64,000 nucleotides of DNA from Minisyncoccia bacterium (GTDB taxonomy: Bacteria; Patescibacteriota; Minisyncoccia; Phycocordibacterales; PALSA-1337). The DNA lies in contig JBGAUV010000001.1 of NCBI GenBank assembly GCA_044228445.1, positions 79,827 through 143,826 of the forward strand, in the 5' to 3' direction. A program made the position numbers and the translations under genes. Position 1 is the first letter of the stretch; the number at the start of each line of letters is the position of its first letter. This document shows, piece by piece, positions 55,849 to 64,000 of this stretch. The notes beneath the pieces are model-generated. The model made no database searches, was not told the origin of the DNA, and saw only the letters and a program-made list of their open reading frames with translations.

Positions 55849-56565
55849 TTATAAATCAGAATACTTGGCTATCATCTTTGTTTTATTCTTTTTGTCTTCA
55901 ATGATATTGCCGTCTTTAATAAATATTATTCTATCTGCATGCAAAGCCACATCGTGTTCGTGAGTAATAAGTATTATAGTTCTACCTTGCTTTTCATTTA
56001 GTTCTTGAAATGTTGCCAATACAGTTTCTCCAGTTCTTGTATCCAAGTTTCCAGTTGGTTCATCAGCAAGTATTAGTCTAGGGTTATTTACTAAAGCTCT
56101 TGCAATAGCAACACGTTGTATTTGTCCTCCAGAAAGTTCATTAGACATATGATTAAAATGTGTTTCTGGTAGTCCTACTGAATGCAAAGCTTTTTCTGCT
56201 CTTTGTTCTCTTTCAGTTTCTGGTACACCTGCATAAACAAGAGGGAGTACTACATTTCTTATCACGCTTGTTCTTGGTAAAAGGTTAAATGCTTGAAAAA
56301 CGAAACCAATCATATTTCTTCTTATATCAGCTAGTTCATCATCGGATAGTTTAGACAAATCTTTTCCATCTAAATAATATTTTCCTGTTGTTGGTGTATC
56401 AAGTGCTCCAAGTATATGCATAAGAGTAGATTTACCGGATCCTGATGGTCCCATGATTGCAACAAATTCTCCTTCTTTAATTTCAAAATCCACACCCTTC
56501 AGTGCTTTGAAACCTTTATCACCAACACTGTTATATGTTTTTGTTACGTTCTTTATTTCTATCAT
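55849..56565 (-). CDS. MacB/LolD-type ABC ATPase
   Basis: [30 protein letters not shown] and [11 protein letters not shown]. 238 aa. Confidence 0.9.
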   Translation of the reverse strand: MIEIKNVTKTYNSVGDKGFKALKGVDFEIKEGEFVAIMGPSGSGKSTLMHILGALDTPTTGKYYLDGKDLSKLSDDELADIRRNMIGFVFQAFNLLPRTSVIRNVVLPLVYAGVPETEREQRAEKALHSVGLPETHFNHMSNELSGGQIQRVAIARALVNNPRLILADEPTGNLDTRTGETVLATFQELNEKQGRTIILITHEHDVALHADRIIFIKDGNIIEDKKNKTKMIAKYSDL

Positions 56566-56576
56566 TAAGTTTTTTA

Positions 56577-58250
56577 TTATCTTCCTACTCTTACTGAACC
56601 ACTCTGTGCACCTCTTTGTCCTCCAAATATATTTGCTGCACTAGGGGTAGCTTTTTTAACTGCAGTACCAGTAGTTGTTCTTATAACTATAATATCATCG
56701 AGTTTAAGACCAGATAATACTTCTGTTTCAGTATCATTTGTAATTCCTATTTCTATATTTTGTTGTCTAGGTGGTGTACTTGATACAACAGGTGATCCAC
56801 CTTTTGTAGTAGCAGGGTATTGTTTATCAAATGTTAATACATAAGATATTTTATCTTTTGTTTTTATTGCGCTATTTGGAATAGTTAAAACATTTTCTTT
56901 TGTATTTGTAATTATTTCTGCACTAACACTCATTCCAGGCTTTATTCTAGGATCCTGATTATTAAGAGTAATTTCAACACCATATGTAACAACTCCTTGA
57001 TTCATTGTCCCCACCAAGTCAATTTTAGTAACTATTCCATCAATAAATAAATCATTTATAGCGTCAAAGCTCAGTTTTACTTTTTGTCCCACACTAACTT
57101 TTGCTGCATCTACTTCATTTAGTGATACTGTCGCTATTTGATTCTTGGTAGTAAATGTTACCACAGCTCCACTTGCTGTATCACCCTTTTTAACATTTAT
57201 TTTCGAAACGATTCCATCAAAAGGTGCTTTTACAAAATAATTTTGATAATCATATTCCTTTTGTCTCAAATTTAATGCTTCAGTTTGTATATCAAGTGTA
57301 TCAGCACCTCTTTCCAATTTTAACAATGCTTCATTCTTTTCATTCAAATCTAGTTTGGTACTTGATATTGAATCTTTTGCACTTGTTAAACTATTTAAAT
57401 CAGATGTTATGGTACTAGACCAAGATACTAGATCTGATATTGCTGTACTTGCTCCGGTCTGGTTTTGTGAGCTACCGTTTTGTTTTAAATAATCTGCTGC
57501 TGATTTTGCATCTTTAAGTGCTTGAGCTATATCTTTTGCAACAAGATAGCTATCACTTACTATTTTTTCTATATCATCCTTTGAACTGCTCGTATTCAGT
57601 TTTTTATATGTTTCAAGAACAATATCATACCTAGTCTTTGCTCTTATATAACTTATTTTTGCATTATTTCTAAATTGTGATTCTGTTGTAGAATAAGTTT
57701 TTTCATCACTTAAAAATCCTCCACCACCATTTAACATAGAATCTAAACCATTCATGATAGTAGGGGAGTCTATGAATGTACTTACTACACTTGTATAACC
57801 ATCTCCATAAGCTTTTTTATTTGCATCCTTTGCACTCTCTAAAGCATTTTGAGTTTGAAGTAGTGTAACTGTATCAGCTGGTTTAACCAATTTTTGATAT
57901 GCCAAACGTGCGCTCTGCAGTGCTATTTCTGCATTCCTAGAATCGAGTTGTATTATTGTTTGTCTGGCTTTTACTTCATCACCTTCCTTTACTGGTATGT
58001 TTATCACTTCCGCTGTAACCTTTGATTTTAGGTCTATTTGATTTGAAGTAGAAATCTGTCCTGTTCCAGTTACTGTTGAATATATATTGCCAGTTTTTAC
58101 TGTACCTAAATAATATTGATTTTGTGTTGTGCTACCTGATAAAGAACTATAGGTATAGTAAATTATTAATAAGATTATAATTCCCAAAAATATGGATTTC
58201 TTCTTATTATCTTTTACTAACCTTTTAATGTTTACAATGTGTTTTTTCAT
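56577..58250 (-). CDS. Membrane-fusion / HlyD-MacA-like periplasmic adaptor protein
   Basis: It has an N-terminal TM and a long coiled-coil hairpin region. Lipoyl/beta-barrel-like segments are IQLDSRNAEIALQSARLAY.. and PFDGIVSKINVKKGD. It is the first gene of a three-gene operon with the ABC ATPase and permease. Confidence 0.7.
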   Translation of the reverse strand: MKKHIVNIKRLVKDNKKKSIFLGIIILLIIYYTYSSLSGSTTQNQYYLGTVKTGNIYSTVTGTGQISTSNQIDLKSKVTAEVINIPVKEGDEVKARQTIIQLDSRNAEIALQSARLAYQKLVKPADTVTLLQTQNALESAKDANKKAYGDGYTSVVSTFIDSPTIMNGLDSMLNGGGGFLSDEKTYSTTESQFRNNAKISYIRAKTRYDIVLETYKKLNTSSSKDDIEKIVSDSYLVAKDIAQALKDAKSAADYLKQNGSSQNQTGASTAISDLVSWSSTITSDLNSLTSAKDSISSTKLDLNEKNEALLKLERGADTLDIQTEALNLRQKEYDYQNYFVKAPFDGIVSKINVKKGDTASGAVVTFTTKNQIATVSLNEVDAAKVSVGQKVKLSFDAINDLFIDGIVTKIDLVGTMNQGVVTYGVEITLNNQDPRIKPGMSVSAEIITNTKENVLTIPNSAIKTKDKISYVLTFDKQYPATTKGGSPVVSSTPPRQQNIEIGITNDTETEVLSGLKLDDIIVIRTTTGTAVKKATPSAANIFGGQRGAQSGSVRVGR

Positions 58251-58336
58251 ATATTTATTACATTATAACATTTTGAATTGAGATTTTGTTACTCATTTTA
58301 TTAACAAAAGACTAATCGCGAACTTTCAGGTTTATA

Positions 58337-58366
58337 TTGACACAATACTATTTATTATGCTATAAT
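58337..58366 (+). promoter_or_regulatory. Consensus sigma70-type promoter TTGACA-N18-TATAAT driving a leaderless lipoprotein mRNA
   Basis: ttgaca is at 58337-58342 and tataat at 58361-58366. The ATG at 58375 lies 8 nt after the -10 element, so there is no room for an SD. Confidence 0.5.
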
Positions 58367-58374
58367 ATAAAAGT

Positions 58375-58773
58375 ATGCGATCTTCGATTTTTACCTTTGT
58401 CCTCATCCTTGGTCTTTTGACTCAAGGGTGCGGGACATCTGGCTTTATGGCCAGACAGAACTGGGGTGCACGGATGCCCCTAGATCCCATTGGGGCATCC
58501 AGCTTGCCCGAAACTCGGGCAAGCTACTACTCCCGATTCGTCGGACCCGATGGTCGGGAGGAGGTGCACCAATCTACGTACCGTCAGGACGTTTATACGT
58601 CCTACGGTATCAACAGGTCTGGAGGACTTGTCCCTCAGACTGTGGTGGTGGAGTCTCAGTATGAGACCCACTACACAAACAATATACCAAGGTACTATGG
58701 CGTACCTGGGTATATCACGGACCCTCGGGGTCCGAAACCCTCAGTGATATATGGCCCACCAAGGCCTTACTGA
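58375..58773 (+). CDS. High-GC lipoprotein (signal peptide with LTQGC lipobox), compositionally foreign
   Basis: MRSSIFTFVLILGLLTQGCGT... followed by a Pro/Gly/Tyr/Arg-rich mature region. The gene is about 53% GC by eye against about 30% for the window. Three overlapping ORFs in other frames are GC artefacts. Confidence 0.6.
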   Translation: MRSSIFTFVLILGLLTQGCGTSGFMARQNWGARMPLDPIGASSLPETRASYYSRFVGPDGREEVHQSTYRQDVYTSYGINRSGGLVPQTVVVESQYETHYTNNIPRYYGVPGYITDPRGPKPSVIYGPPRPY

Positions 58774-58934
58774 AAAAGTCATATTTAACACATCGAGCGG
58801 AGCTTTATCCGCTCGATTTTAATTACATACGTTTTTACTTTTATAAATTATTAGTGTATAAATTTGTTAGAAGTCTACATTGACAAGGTAAGTACACTAC
58901 CTAAAAGTGTAAAGGAAAATTCAAATTTAATAAA

Positions 58935-59612
58935 ATGAAAAGAGATTCTGATTTCTATATTAGTTGGTATAGACAGAAACATGCTTACTGGGTACATGAC
59001 GGCAATATGGCAAGGCCACATGTGTGTCTTAGATCTGGTTTGCATTCCGATGGCTTTTTCAATAGCCGTCCAATAATTGATTCTGAGTCAATTATTAAAT
59101 TGTGTGCCAAAGATCTTGTGGGTCTTTTTGAGGAGGATGGTGGCTTCGGGTGTATAAATACAGTTGTTGGACCCCAAACTGGCGCAACCAAACTTGCGGA
59201 ACTAATCAGTATAGAAATTGCTACCAATAACAAAAGTAATTGTTCTTGGGCTTCACCAAGTAGAAAAAAAGTTAGAGGTAATGATCGTATGGTATTTAAA
59301 GATGAGGAAGTAGATGATTACATTAAAGAAAAAATGATTCTTCTCTGTGAAGATGTTATTTCTACTGGTGGGAGTCTCAGACTCGTTCAAGATGCTATTG
59401 AACAACATGGTGGTACTGTGTTACCGTATGTTCTTACCTTGGTAAATAGATCTGGTAAGGATAGTATCGATGGAAGAAAAATCTTTTCCTTGGTCAATAG
59501 ACATTTGCATACATGGAATGAAGGTGATTGCCCATTATGTGAGAAAGGATCAAAGGTAATATCAGATACTAAGTCAGAAGAAAGTTGGGAAAGACTCAAT
59601 GCATCCTACTAG
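58935..59612 (+). CDS. Orotate-phosphoribosyltransferase-like type I PRTase with C-terminal CxxC extension, paralog B
   Basis: LRSGLHSDGFFNSRPII corresponds to the OPRT PYFFN region. The PRPP motif is MILLCEDVISTGGSLRLVQDAIEQHGG. The C-terminal motif is CPLCEKGSKVI. GC is about 40%. A TTGACA -35-like element is at 58879. Confidence 0.65.
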   Translation: MKRDSDFYISWYRQKHAYWVHDGNMARPHVCLRSGLHSDGFFNSRPIIDSESIIKLCAKDLVGLFEEDGGFGCINTVVGPQTGATKLAELISIEIATNNKSNCSWASPSRKKVRGNDRMVFKDEEVDDYIKEKMILLCEDVISTGGSLRLVQDAIEQHGGTVLPYVLTLVNRSGKDSIDGRKIFSLVNRHLHTWNEGDCPLCEKGSKVISDTKSEESWERLNASY

Positions 59613-59704
59613 TTTCTTTATTTATTTTATCTCATAAAATAGCGTGTTATTCGATTAACATTGCTATTTTTTTATTATATTTTTAAATATGTTAGTATGA
59701 CACT

Positions 59705-60142
59705 ATGAAGGTCATAATAACAAAATCTATAGACGAAACCCAATCTTTTTCAAAGCTATATTTAAACTCACTTGAAGCAAAAAGTGATGAGGCTACGATC
59801 ATAGGACTTTATGGAAACCTAGGTTCAGGAAAAACAGCTTTTACAAAATGTTTAGCAAAAGAACTAGGAATACATGAAGTTATAACAAGTCCAACATTTG
59901 TAATAATGAAACTATACGAAACAAAAAATGAAAAGTTTAAGAGACTTATACATATAGATGCATATAGACTTGAAAGTGGAAAAGAATTACAAATACTAGA
60001 TTTTGAATCTTTAGTAAATAATAAAAATAATTTAATAGTAATAGAGTGGCCAGAGAATGTAAAAGAGATTTTAAATGAGGATCATAAAAAAATACATTGT
60101 AGCTTTATAGATGAAAATACAAGGCAATATGATGTAGAATAG
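59705..60142 (+). CDS. tsaE: tRNA threonylcarbamoyladenosine biosynthesis ATPase TsaE (YjeE)
   Basis: LYGNLGSGKTAFTKCLAKELGIHEVITSPTFVIMKLYE...HIDAYRL...IVIEW matches TsaE (GDLGAGKTTF..G....G....V.SPT..L...Y......HFD.YRL....E...LIEW). Confidence 0.8.
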   Translation: MKVIITKSIDETQSFSKLYLNSLEAKSDEATIIGLYGNLGSGKTAFTKCLAKELGIHEVITSPTFVIMKLYETKNEKFKRLIHIDAYRLESGKELQILDFESLVNNKNNLIVIEWPENVKEILNEDHKKIHCSFIDENTRQYDVE

Positions 60143-60146
60143 TTAT

Positions 60147-62537
60147 ATGAATAAAAAACGATTAGTACTACTCGATTCTCACGCAATACTACATAGGGCA
60201 TATCATGCTTTACCAGATTTTGCTTCAAAAAAGGGTGAACCAACAGGAGCACTCTATGGTCTTGTAGCTATGCTTATAAAAATAATAGAGGATATAAAAC
60301 CAGACTATATAATAGCTTGTTATGATCTTCCCGGACCAACATATAGACATGAAGCATATAAAGACTATAAAGCACAAAGAAAGAGTATGGAAGATGCTTT
60401 GGCTACACAAATAAATCGTTCAAGAGATATTTTTAAATCTTTCAATATTCCAATTTACGATAAACCAGGTTTTGAAGCTGATGATATGCTCGGAACTATT
60501 TCTGAAATAGCAAAAAAGGATAAAAATCTAGAAATAATAATTGCTTCTGGAGATATGGATACAATGCAATTAATACAAGGTGAAACAGTAAAGGTTTATA
60601 CTTTGAAAAAGGGAATAAAGGATACAATTCTATATGATGAAAAAGCAGTGAAAGAAAGATTTGGTTTTGGTCCAGAATTACTTCCAGATTATAAAGGTTT
60701 GAGAGGTGATCCTTCAGATAACATTATTGGTATAAAAGGAATAGGAGAAAAGACAGCAAGTACACTCATATCTAGTCTAGGAACAATAGAAGAAATATAT
60801 AAAAAGCTAGAAAAAGATAAAAAGAATAATTATGAAAGTTTCAAAAAGCTTGGTATAACAGATCGTATTGTAAAACTTTTAATTGAAGGAAAAGAGGAGG
60901 CTGAATTTAGTAAAATGCTAGCAACAATTCGCCGTGATGCTCCAATTGATTTTAAATTACCTGAAAAAGAATTTAAACAAGGTGTAGATAGGGAAGCAGT
61001 AAAAACTCTATTTAATGAACTAGATTTTAGAACACTAGGAATTCGTTTTACAAATGTCATTGATGGTAAAACAAATATGGATAATACTGAAGTTGAAGAT
61101 GAAAAGACTTTAGATGTCGAAGATATAGTAAAAGGTATTCCAAAGGATGAAATAGAAAAGATTTCACTTGCACTTTGGATAATTGATTCTAATAGAACAA
61201 ACCCTAGTGCAGAAGAGATATTGGAATATACAAAAACAAATGATTTTAAAAAGGCTAGTGAAATAATATTTAAAGAGCTTGATAGAAGAGGATTGAGAAA
61301 AGTTTATCAAGATATAGAAATGCCCTTAATTCCTGTAATAAATAAAATGGAAGAAAAAGGTGTAAAAATAGATGTGGATTTATTGAAAGATTTATCAAAG
61401 AAATATCATAAGACTTTATCTTCACTTGAAAAAAAGATTTGGGAATTGTCAGGAGTAGAATTTAATATAAATTCTCCAAAACAACTTGGTGAAGTTCTTT
61501 TTGATAAATTACAACTTACCGCTAAAGGACTTAAGAAAACAGAAGGGGGAGCACGTTCTACTAGAGAATCAGAACTTGAAAAGCTTCGTGACGCACACCC
61601 AGTAGTGCCTTTACTTTTTGAATATAGAGAATTACAAAAACTTCTATCAACTTATATAGATGTAATTCCTACGTTAGTTGATAAAAATAATAGACTTCAT
61701 GCTGACTTTATATCTTCAGGAAGTGCTACAGGTCGTATGGCTAGTCAAAATCCAGGAATACAAAATATCCCTATAAAAACCGAACTAGGTAAGGTTATAA
61801 GAAATGCTTTTATAGCTGAAAAAGGTTTTAAAATAGTTGCTCTGGATTATGCTCAAATAGAGCTTAGAATTGCTGCTTTTATATCAGGAGATGAAAAATT
61901 AATAGAAATATTTAAACAAGGAGAAGATGTACATAAGTCTGTAGCAAGTAGGGTGTTCGGTGTACCTTTAGATAAAGTTGATTCAGAAATGAGACGCAGA
62001 GCAAAGATAATAAATTTCGGAATACTTTATGGTATGGGAGTAAATGCTTTGAGACAAAATCTCGGTACAGATAGAAAAGAGGCGCAAGAATTTTATAATA
62101 ATTATTTCGCAACTTTTAGTGGTCTTGCAAAATATCTTGATGAAGTAAAAGCACAAGCAGAAAGAAATGGTTATACAGAAACATTTTTTGGAAGAAGAAG
62201 ATATTTTGAAGGGATAAATTCAAAAATTCCTTTTATAAAAGCCATGGCAGAAAGAATGGCAATAAATGCTCCATTTCAAGGTACAAATGCTGATATTATA
62301 AAAATAGCAATGAAAAGAGTCGATGATTATTTTATAGAAAAAGGCTATCAAAATGATGCTTTTCTTGTTTTGCAAGTACATGATGAATTGGTTTATGAAA
62401 TAAAACAAAGTTTAGTAACAAAAATCGTTCCAGAAATTAAAAATATTATGGAAAATATAATTCCTATTGAACAAACAAAAGGAGTAAAACTAATCGTTGC
62501 ACAAGAGATAGGGGATAATTGGGGAGAATTAAAATAA
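60147..62537 (+). CDS. polA: DNA polymerase I (5'-3' exonuclease plus polymerase domains)
   Basis: The N-terminal FEN domain is LVLLDSHAILHRAYHAL. Pol A motif A is DYAQIELRIAA, motif B is RRRAKIINFGILYGMG and motif C is LQVHDELV. 796 aa, so the 3'-5' exo domain appears reduced. Confidence 0.95.
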   Translation: MNKKRLVLLDSHAILHRAYHALPDFASKKGEPTGALYGLVAMLIKIIEDIKPDYIIACYDLPGPTYRHEAYKDYKAQRKSMEDALATQINRSRDIFKSFNIPIYDKPGFEADDMLGTISEIAKKDKNLEIIIASGDMDTMQLIQGETVKVYTLKKGIKDTILYDEKAVKERFGFGPELLPDYKGLRGDPSDNIIGIKGIGEKTASTLISSLGTIEEIYKKLEKDKKNNYESFKKLGITDRIVKLLIEGKEEAEFSKMLATIRRDAPIDFKLPEKEFKQGVDREAVKTLFNELDFRTLGIRFTNVIDGKTNMDNTEVEDEKTLDVEDIVKGIPKDEIEKISLALWIIDSNRTNPSAEEILEYTKTNDFKKASEIIFKELDRRGLRKVYQDIEMPLIPVINKMEEKGVKIDVDLLKDLSKKYHKTLSSLEKKIWELSGVEFNINSPKQLGEVLFDKLQLTAKGLKKTEGGARSTRESELEKLRDAHPVVPLLFEYRELQKLLSTYIDVIPTLVDKNNRLHADFISSGSATGRMASQNPGIQNIPIKTELGKVIRNAFIAEKGFKIVALDYAQIELRIAAFISGDEKLIEIFKQGEDVHKSVASRVFGVPLDKVDSEMRRRAKIINFGILYGMGVNALRQNLGTDRKEAQEFYNNYFATFSGLAKYLDEVKAQAERNGYTETFFGRRRYFEGINSKIPFIKAMAERMAINAPFQGTNADIIKIAMKRVDDYFIEKGYQNDAFLVLQVHDELVYEIKQSLVTKIVPEIKNIMENIIPIEQTKGVKLIVAQEIGDNWGELK

Positions 62538-63260
62538 ATGATAATTTTTATTCACGGAGAAAATACTGAAAAAGCAAGAAATAAAGCTCATGAGCTTATT
62601 GATAGTTTGCGTAAAAAAAAGCCTGATGCAAGTTTTTTTAAAATAAATAGTGAAAACTGGAATGAAGGTTTGATAACAGAATATGCTATGGGTCAGGGTT
62701 TATTTTCAAATAAATACATAGTTTTTTTAGATAAAATCTGTGAAAATAAAGATTTAAAAGATAGCTTAATTGATAAGCTTGATGAAATGAAATCTTCAGA
62801 AAATGTATTTATAATTCTTGAAGGTAAGCTTGATAAACTAAGTATTACAAAGATAGAGAAAAGATCCGATAAGGTTCAGTTATTCGAATTAATTGAAAAA
62901 ACATATAAAAAAGAAGATTTTAATATTTTTTCACTTGGTGAAGCACTGGGAAATAGAGATAAGAAAAATTTATGGATTTTATATAGAAGTGCTTTGAATA
63001 ATGGAAAAGTACCAGAAGAAATTCATGGTACTTTGTTTTGGCAATTAAAATCTATGGCGATAGCAAGTAAAACTGATAGTGCTATAAATTCAGGACTTTC
63101 TCCTTTTGTATTTAGTAAATCAAAAAACTATTTAAAAAACTTTAAACAACAAGAAATTTTTAATATGTTAAATACTTTAATATCAATTTCTCATGATTCA
63201 AGAAGAGGAATAGGGGAAATTGAAACTAGTCTTGAAAGGTGGATACTTGAGGCTTTTTGA
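62538..63260 (+). CDS. Putative DNA polymerase III delta subunit (HolA-like), short
   Basis: Its ATG directly follows the polA stop (TAAATG). The N-terminus IIFIHGENTEKARNKAHELIDSL...LFSNKYIVFL resembles HolA (yLlyGee.fl.ee.......lF.ekrlvvl). It is 240 aa, and the similarity is weak. Confidence 0.4.
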   Translation: MIIFIHGENTEKARNKAHELIDSLRKKKPDASFFKINSENWNEGLITEYAMGQGLFSNKYIVFLDKICENKDLKDSLIDKLDEMKSSENVFIILEGKLDKLSITKIEKRSDKVQLFELIEKTYKKEDFNIFSLGEALGNRDKKNLWILYRSALNNGKVPEEIHGTLFWQLKSMAIASKTDSAINSGLSPFVFSKSKNYLKNFKQQEIFNMLNTLISISHDSRRGIGEIETSLERWILEAF

Positions 63261-63265
63261 TATAA

Positions 63266-64000
<735 letters not shown>

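Noticed and set aside
58428-58747. Three extra ORFs (58428-58664 +, 58480-58671 -, 58490-58747 +) overlapping the lipoprotein gene
   Set aside because: They are open frames caused by the locally high GC content. Only the frame with signal peptide, lipobox and consensus promoter is credible.

Overview
This is a low-GC window (about 30% GC by eye) whose genes show no Shine-Dalgarno sequences and whose gene content points to a small, reduced genome. I infer a CPR/Patescibacteria-like chromosome, but cannot confirm the taxon without a search. The window spans the chromosomal replication origin: rpmH-rnpA-yidC lie on the minus strand, dnaA and dnaN on the plus strand, and DnaA boxes sit in the dnaA-dnaN spacer. 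Housekeeping genes present are the pnp 3' end, comM, a LysM-M23 peptidase, pcrA/uvrD, ksgA, a class A PBP, tyrS, ruvC-yebC-ruvB, pilB/gspE, prfB, ftsEX, pyrG, a GNAT, tsaE, polA, a holA-like gene, the trpS 5' end, three ABC systems, tRNA-Thr(CGU) and tRNA-Gln(CUG). Four regions stand out. (1) A tightly coupled 11-gene operon at 7.9-20.0 kb encodes a Gram-positive-type T4SS-like apparatus beside oriC: VirB6-like, VirB3-like, a split VirB4, a pilin-like protein and secreted proteins, with no relaxase or coupling protein. (2) A compact nucleotide-metabolism/signalling island lies 3' of tRNA-Gln at 39.2-46.7 kb: two CYTH paralogs, a NUDIX protein, a truncated IPT/MiaA-like P-loop protein, an HD-domain small alarmone hydrolase, a frameshifted YfbR-like HD nucleotidase and ThyA. 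(3) At 53.3-59.7 kb sits a compositionally foreign segment. It carries two paralogous OPRT-like phosphoribosyltransferases with a C-terminal CxxC motif and strong SD sequences, a Cys-rich small protein, and a MacAB-like tripartite exporter. It also carries a lipoprotein gene of about 53% GC driven by a consensus TTGACA-N18-TATAAT promoter as a leaderless mRNA. (4) Several GC-elevated intergenic blocks with long-range complementarity have no protein explanation and are candidate structured ncRNAs at 30.8-31.1 kb, 33.0-33.6 kb, 36.1-36.3 kb and 38.9-39.15 kb. Smaller observations are three degenerate tandem copies of the tRNA-Thr 5' half just upstream of that tRNA, a 46-aa lysine-rich N-terminal extension on PyrG, and RF2 without a programmed frameshift. 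No CRISPR array, transposase or integrase was seen.
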